A stretch of DNA of 64,000 bases from Thecamonas trahens ATCC 50062 (lineage: Eukaryota; Protista; Apusomonadida). Positions 59,507 through 64,000 of the stretch are shown here, piece by piece (the first letter of the stretch is position 1; each line of letters opens with the position of its first letter). The stretch covers positions 124,001 through 188,000 of the forward strand of contig NW_013657616.1 of assembly GCF_000142905.1 (NCBI RefSeq). The letters run 5' to 3'. The notes under the pieces were generated by a model that saw only the letters and a program-made list of their open reading frames with translations, searched no databases and had not been told where the DNA came from. A program made the position numbers and the translations under genes.

Positions 59507-60511
59507 CTACGGCTCGGGCGCAGGGACAGCGACACCGGCGCAGGCCAGGTCCGAGATAGCGGAGCCGACCGACTTGAAGAGGGTGATGTGCGAGGGCTCG
59601 CGCGGCGGGCGCTGGTCGGCGGAGCAGAGCGAGGCGAGGGTGCCGCGGACGTCGTCGGGCGCGAGGACGCCGGCAGTGATGGGCGAAGCAATGTCGCCAG
59701 ACTCGGCCAGTGCCTCGGAGACGTCGACGTATACCTCTGCTTTGGAGACAGCAACGTCGTCGGCCTCGCGCATGTGTGGCGTAAACGAGCCGATGAGATC
59801 GAGGTGCTGGCCCGGGGCGAGCCACTCGCCGAGGATGATGGGCTCGCGGGCGAGAGTGGCGCACGAGATGATGTCGGCGCTCCGGACGGCGGTCTCAAGC
59901 TCGGTAGCGACGACGGCGTCAAAGCCGTCGGCAATGAGCTGGTCGACTAGGAGCTGAGCCTTCTCTTGCGAGCGGTTGTAGACGGTGACATGGTTGATGG
60001 AGGGCATGGCGGCGGCGTAGGCGTACGGCAGTTGCGAGGCGACAGCGCCCGCGCCGACGATGAGCAGCTTGGTCGAGTCGGGACGGGCGAGGAGGCTAGC
60101 GCCAAGCGCACCAACAGCCGCGGTCCGACGAGCAGTCAGCACGGCACCGTCGAGCAGAGCCACATGAGCACCAGTCATGCCATCGATGACAATGTACGAG
60201 GCCATGACCGCCGGCAGCTGCCTGGCTGAGTTGCCCGGGACGACAGTGACGATCTTGACGCCACTGATACCACCGGATGAGCCCCATGCCGGCATGAGAA
60301 GGAGCGTGTTGTCCGGCGGCGGCGAGCTGGCTGTCGCGGTGGCGTCATCACTATCATGTGCGTCTTGATCAGCTTCTTGGGCGGGCATGGCATGATGATG
60401 GCGAGTCGGTGCCGTGAGCTGATCGCTGTGGGCCCAGCTGCTCTTGAGCGCCTCCAGCAGCGATGGGAACGGCAGCGCAGTCGCAGTTTCGGTGGCAGAG
60501 TACACGCGCAT
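59507..60511 (-). CDS. Ornithine cyclodeaminase / mu-crystallin family (ketimine or pyrroline-2-carboxylate reductase-like)
   Basis: LLLMPAW, GVKIVTV.PGN, LTARRTAA, IVGAGAVA, ADIISCAT, GSFTPHMRE, TLFKSVG.A..DL. Confidence 0.92.
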   Translation of the reverse strand: MRVYSATETATALPFPSLLEALKSSWAHSDQLTAPTRHHHAMPAQEADQDAHDSDDATATASSPPPDNTLLLMPAWGSSGGISGVKIVTVVPGNSARQLPAVMASYIVIDGMTGAHVALLDGAVLTARRTAAVGALGASLLARPDSTKLLIVGAGAVASQLPYAYAAAMPSINHVTVYNRSQEKAQLLVDQLIADGFDAVVATELETAVRSADIISCATLAREPIILGEWLAPGQHLDLIGSFTPHMREADDVAVSKAEVYVDVSEALAESGDIASPITAGVLAPDDVRGTLASLCSADQRPPREPSHITLFKSVGSAISDLACAGVAVPAPEP

Positions 60512-60533
60512 GGTATGACGGATTGGCTGACTG

Positions 60534-60535
<2 letters not shown>

Positions 60536-60578
<43 letters not shown>
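60536..60578. repeat. (GT)n microsatellite
   Basis: Directly visible. Confidence 0.95.
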
Positions 60579-60581
<3 letters not shown>

Positions 60582-61964
60582 GAGGGGTGAGTACGTATTT
60601 GCCATTGTTTGGCTGGCATNNNNNNNNNNNNNNNNNNNNNNNNNNNNNNNNNNNNNNNNNNNNNNNNNNNNNNNNNNNNNNNNNNNNNNNNNNNNNNNNN
60701 NNNNNNNNNNNNNNNNNNNNNNNNNNNNNNNNNNNNNNNNNNNNNNNNNNNNNNNNNNNNNNNNNNNNNNNNNNNNNNNNNNNNNNNNNNNNNNNNNNNN
60801 NNNNNNNNNNNNNNNNNNNCTCTCCCCCCCAAAGCGAAAAAGGTAGTCGGGCGGGGCGGGTACAGTGCTTGATTGGTTGACAATGTTGCGGCGCAGGTCG
60901 GTTTTTGTCGCGGAGAATATTGCCGACTGTAGCAAAAAACCGCACGTGTTGCCCGCGGATGCGGTCATTAAATAGCCAATATACTTATCAACCTCCATAT
61001 GCTCTTCTTTGGATGACAGACGACTGGGGAGCACTGCTAGAGCAGTGCAGGACATTAAGGCACCATCAACATGGGAGCGTTGGCCGTACCGGAGGCGGAT
61101 GGAGTGTATGTATAAGTTGCTGAGCGAAGATGCAATAGATCTCGCGTCCTGGCCGGATATTCTCAGTCAACGTTGCAGAAACACGGCACGTGGAGTAGCG
61201 ACCAAGTCTCGGAAACCGCAGCAGCCAGCGACCGCAAACTTCACAGAGTCATGTGCGATAAGCAGCACTGCTTCCATTATCACCGCTAGGTACAGTATAG
61301 GTACGGCTGTGCCGATGGTAGTATCGCCGAAAGGGTGTGCGGGTAGCGAGCGGAGGACAAACGCTTGATACAACGTCTATTGCCAAAATTGGATCTTGTA
61401 ATTGGCATGCAAAGTGAGCACTGAGGGGGGTTCGGAACTGTAAAGTGGGGACAGGAAGCTCAGGAAGGCACAGACGTGCAAGCTAAGGGTACCAAGGGCA
61501 AGCGCTGTGTACAGAGCACACGGGAAAAATGTTTCTTGCGGCGAAGGGACCGTCTCTCGAGTTCCTGTGGCGTCTGTTTCCTGCGGTCGTTTTCTGGCCC
61601 TTTTGCGCCGCGAGCGGAGTGTGCGGACCTTACCCACTGCAAAAGTTTTGAAGCAAACGACTAATTACCTGCTTGTAGCCAATATCCGGGAAACCAGATC
61701 ACTGAGCATACACTCGGAATACTCATGCCAGGGGTTTGCCGAGAAGCCCAACATGTAGCTCACACAGTATGCACATAGTGAGCGCGTTTGCAAAGTGTGA
61801 GCATGATGCAGTGATGCATGGGGACTGTGTGCCAGTTTGGTGCGGAGCGTGAGGGGGGTGTGCGGATGATTCGAAAATAAATTAGCTGACCACATCTTGC
61901 CCCTGTGTCGCACAGTATTTGTGGTCTTCCGAGCCAGCACTTCACCCACCACCCACCCAAGACC

Positions 61965-64000
61965 ATGCCCTCGTGCGACAATTGTCGCAAGGGCCACCGC
62001 AAGTGCATACCAAGCACAAAGCTTACTTGCCAACTTTGTGAGAAGCGCGGGGTGCCCTGTACCTATTCGTCCCGTGCAGCCGGTTCCGCCGCCGCGTTTC
62101 AAACCGCTCTCGTGGCTGCCTCCCACAACATGACCGTGCTTGTCAACCCGACCAGTTTGGACACAGCGAACAATGCTCTTAATTGGCACAACCATCCCGC
62201 ACCCACGTTGGGCCTCGAACAGCCACCTGCCAAGCGGCACCACATACTGCCGCCAGGCAACGTCCCACCCTCGCACATACCGTACCCTTCCATCCTCGCA
62301 CCATCACTTGCAGCAGCTGTGGGGCGGACGGATCTGCATCAGCTGTTCTTCACGTTTGTCAACCCCACTCTTGGTGCCGCCCAGCTGAGCGGCTCGTTCC
62401 AGGCGCTGGCCCGATTGCGGGCTCGCGAAGCTGTCTCGGCGCAAGACCTCGACGTGGACAACCTCACGCTGGACCTCCAGCTTGTCACCATTTCGGCAGT
62501 CGCGCAGCGGCTGTGTGGCGACATGCCCGGGTCGGACCAGTCGCTCTCGACGGCCAAGGCGGCGCTGATCAACTGCTTAGATCACGCGTCGCGCGACATG
62601 GCCATTATTCACCTCCTCCTCGCCTCCCTCTACGCCGGGTTCGACGAGTCGCAGTTTGCGGCCCACATCGGCATGGCGTGGTCAATTCTCTCGATCATTG
62701 CCTCGCGGTCGGGCCGGACAATTTCGCGGGCAAAGGACATATCGCCAGCCGAGCTCCCGCCGCTCATGCGGGCCTTTGCTCAGCTTGACAATCCGACGCG
62801 GTGCGCGTCGATTGCCTCGCTCACGACGGCGCGCGATGTCTTCCGCGTCCGCACCCTCCTCGGCTGCTCGCGTCACCTCCTCACCGACGTCTGGTCGCCG
62901 CTGCCTACCGTGTGGTGGACCGCCATCGCTGGTACCATTTTCCCGCTTCTTGAGCGCTACCTCCTGTCGCAAGCCTTGGTCGACGTGCTGCCGCAGGAGA
63001 CTGCACCGCTTGTTGCCAGCATCCACGCTCTCCCGCTCTTCACAACACTCTCCGGTACGGCATCGGCCAGCGGCGACGCGCCGGCGCCCATGAGCCTGAC
63101 CTCGCCGGCTGCCGCTCCCCAGCCGATGATGACCTCGCCGCAGATGACTCCTCACCCGCATCCGTTTGGGGTCACCCCAGTCAGCAACGCGGGTACTGGC
63201 CTGCGTGGCTTGCCACAGTCGGCAGCGCCAGGCAACTTGCCAAGCGGCGTGTTTTCCACGCCGTTCCCGGATCCGGCGTCGCGCTCAACCTCGATGTGGA
63301 CGCCGTCTCTTCAGCCGAATCTTGCCGGCGGAGTTCCGGCGCGCGGCGTCGCACCGCCGCCAATGGCTTCGGGCTCAAAGTCGGACACGTCCCACTCGAA
63401 CTCCAACTCCAATTCAAACTCGAGGACGCCGGCTCCGTTCTCGAACACGTTTTCGTCGTCGGCGAGCGGCACGTCGGGTCTGCCGGTCTCAGGCGGCTCG
63501 ATGGCCATCCCGACCTCATTCCCACCGCCGTCGTCATCAGCGTCGTCGTCGTCGTCGGCGACGGGCGGCCAGACGCGGCCACCGGGCGGCTCGAGCTCGG
63601 GCTCGGTCTCGAGCTCGAGCTCGACCGGGACGATGCCGGCGATCAGCGCCGCGACGCCGCTTGCGGCTGCTGCGATGGGCCTCAGCTACCACAACCTCGG
63701 AACTACGCCGACACCGGTCGCCCGCACCCGGATCTCGTCGTCACCGTCGTCGTCGAAGAACACGCCGTCAGGCTCGAACACGACGTCTGGCTCGGGCTCA
63801 GGCTCCCGCTCAGGCTCAGGCTCGGGCTCGGACTCGGAGTCGATTTCGCCAAACAGCAACAGCCAGAACCGGCATGCGGCACAGGGACACGGACAGCAGC
63901 AAGGCGCCAACCAGGGATCGACCTCGTCGTCCTCATCCTCGCACACCCGTGCGCCGTCCGTCAACACCTCGACTTCGCCCCTGACCAAGGCACCCGAGTA
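61965..64000 (+). CDS. Zn(II)2Cys6 binuclear-cluster transcription factor (runs off the window end; absent from the ORF track)
   Basis: ATG 61965 MPSCDNCRKGHRKCIPSTKLTCQLCEKRGVPCTY fits C-x2-C-x6-C-x7-C-x2-C-x6-C; helical middle region (LFFTFVNPTL) and Ser/Pro-rich tail; no stop found in this frame. Confidence 0.85.
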   Translation, partial: MPSCDNCRKGHRKCIPSTKLTCQLCEKRGVPCTYSSRAAGSAAAFQTALVAASHNMTVLVNPTSLDTANNALNWHNHPAPTLGLEQPPAKRHHILPPGNVPPSHIPYPSILAPSLAAAVGRTDLHQLFFTFVNPTLGAAQLSGSFQALARLRAREAVSAQDLDVDNLTLDLQLVTISAVAQRLCGDMPGSDQSLSTAKAALINCLDHASRDMAIIHLLLASLYAGFDESQFAAHIGMAWSILSIIASRSGRTISRAKDISPAELPPLMRAFAQLDNPTRCASIASLTTARDVFRVRTLLGCSRHLLTDVWSPLPTVWWTAIAGTIFPLLERYLLSQALVDVLPQETAPLVASIHALPLFTTLSGTASASGDAPAPMSLTSPAAAPQPMMTSPQMTPHPHPFGVTPVSNAGTGLRGLPQSAAPGNLPSGVFSTPFPDPASRSTSMWTPSLQPNLAGGVPARGVAPPPMASGSKSDTSHSNSNSNSNSRTPAPFSNTFSSSASGTSGLPVSGGSMAIPTSFPPPSSSASSSSSATGGQTRPPGGSSSGSVSSSSSTGTMPAISAATPLAAAAMGLSYHNLGTTPTPVARTRISSSPSSSKNTPSGSNTTSGSGSGSRSGSGSGSDSESISPNSNSQNRHAAQGHGQQQGANQGSTSSSSSSHTRAPSVNTSTSPLTKAPE

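Noticed and set aside
60820-61900. Short ORFs in the lower-GC interval
   Set aside because: No motifs or codon bias; probably promoter, UTR or intron between divergent genes

Overview
A GC-rich, gene-dense, intron-poor eukaryotic nuclear scaffold with 7 N-gaps. Gene content (RSPH9, an NME8-like thioredoxin, FG-GAP multipass receptors) and sequence style point to a flagellated protist; it resembles the apusomonad Thecamonas trahens, which is inference only. About 24 protein genes are recognisable: TMEM147, an Expp1-like protein, a TKL-kinase/NB-ARC (Apaf-1-like STAND) fusion, a BAR-like/SH3/WH2/CA protein, a full-length ABCA transporter, two giant FG-GAP/beta-helix/Cys-rich/multipass receptors, WDR55, RSPH9, PITRM1, a SANT/Myb protein, an EXPERA protein, a TPR protein, an ependymin-related protein, thioredoxin-IQ-PDZ, an S1/P1 nuclease, an EPDR-cathepsin, SPRY, ARF, EF-hand-WD40, ornithine cyclodeaminase/mu-crystallin, and a Zn2Cys6 transcription factor missed by the ORF track. 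There is also a truncated piggyBac transposase and many micro/minisatellites. Eleven reading-frame breaks inside otherwise intact genes are each repaired by adding one base to a homopolymer, most likely pyrosequencing undercalls. Several genes carry a single 5'-proximal intron (donor GTACGT) filled with simple repeats. The most interesting items are the kinase-NB-ARC NLR-like protein, the BAR-SH3-VCA candidate Arp2/3 activator, the FG-GAP receptor pair, the Zn2Cys6 factor and a GATTAA core shared by unrelated minisatellites. All family assignments come from motif recognition by eye, not from database searches.
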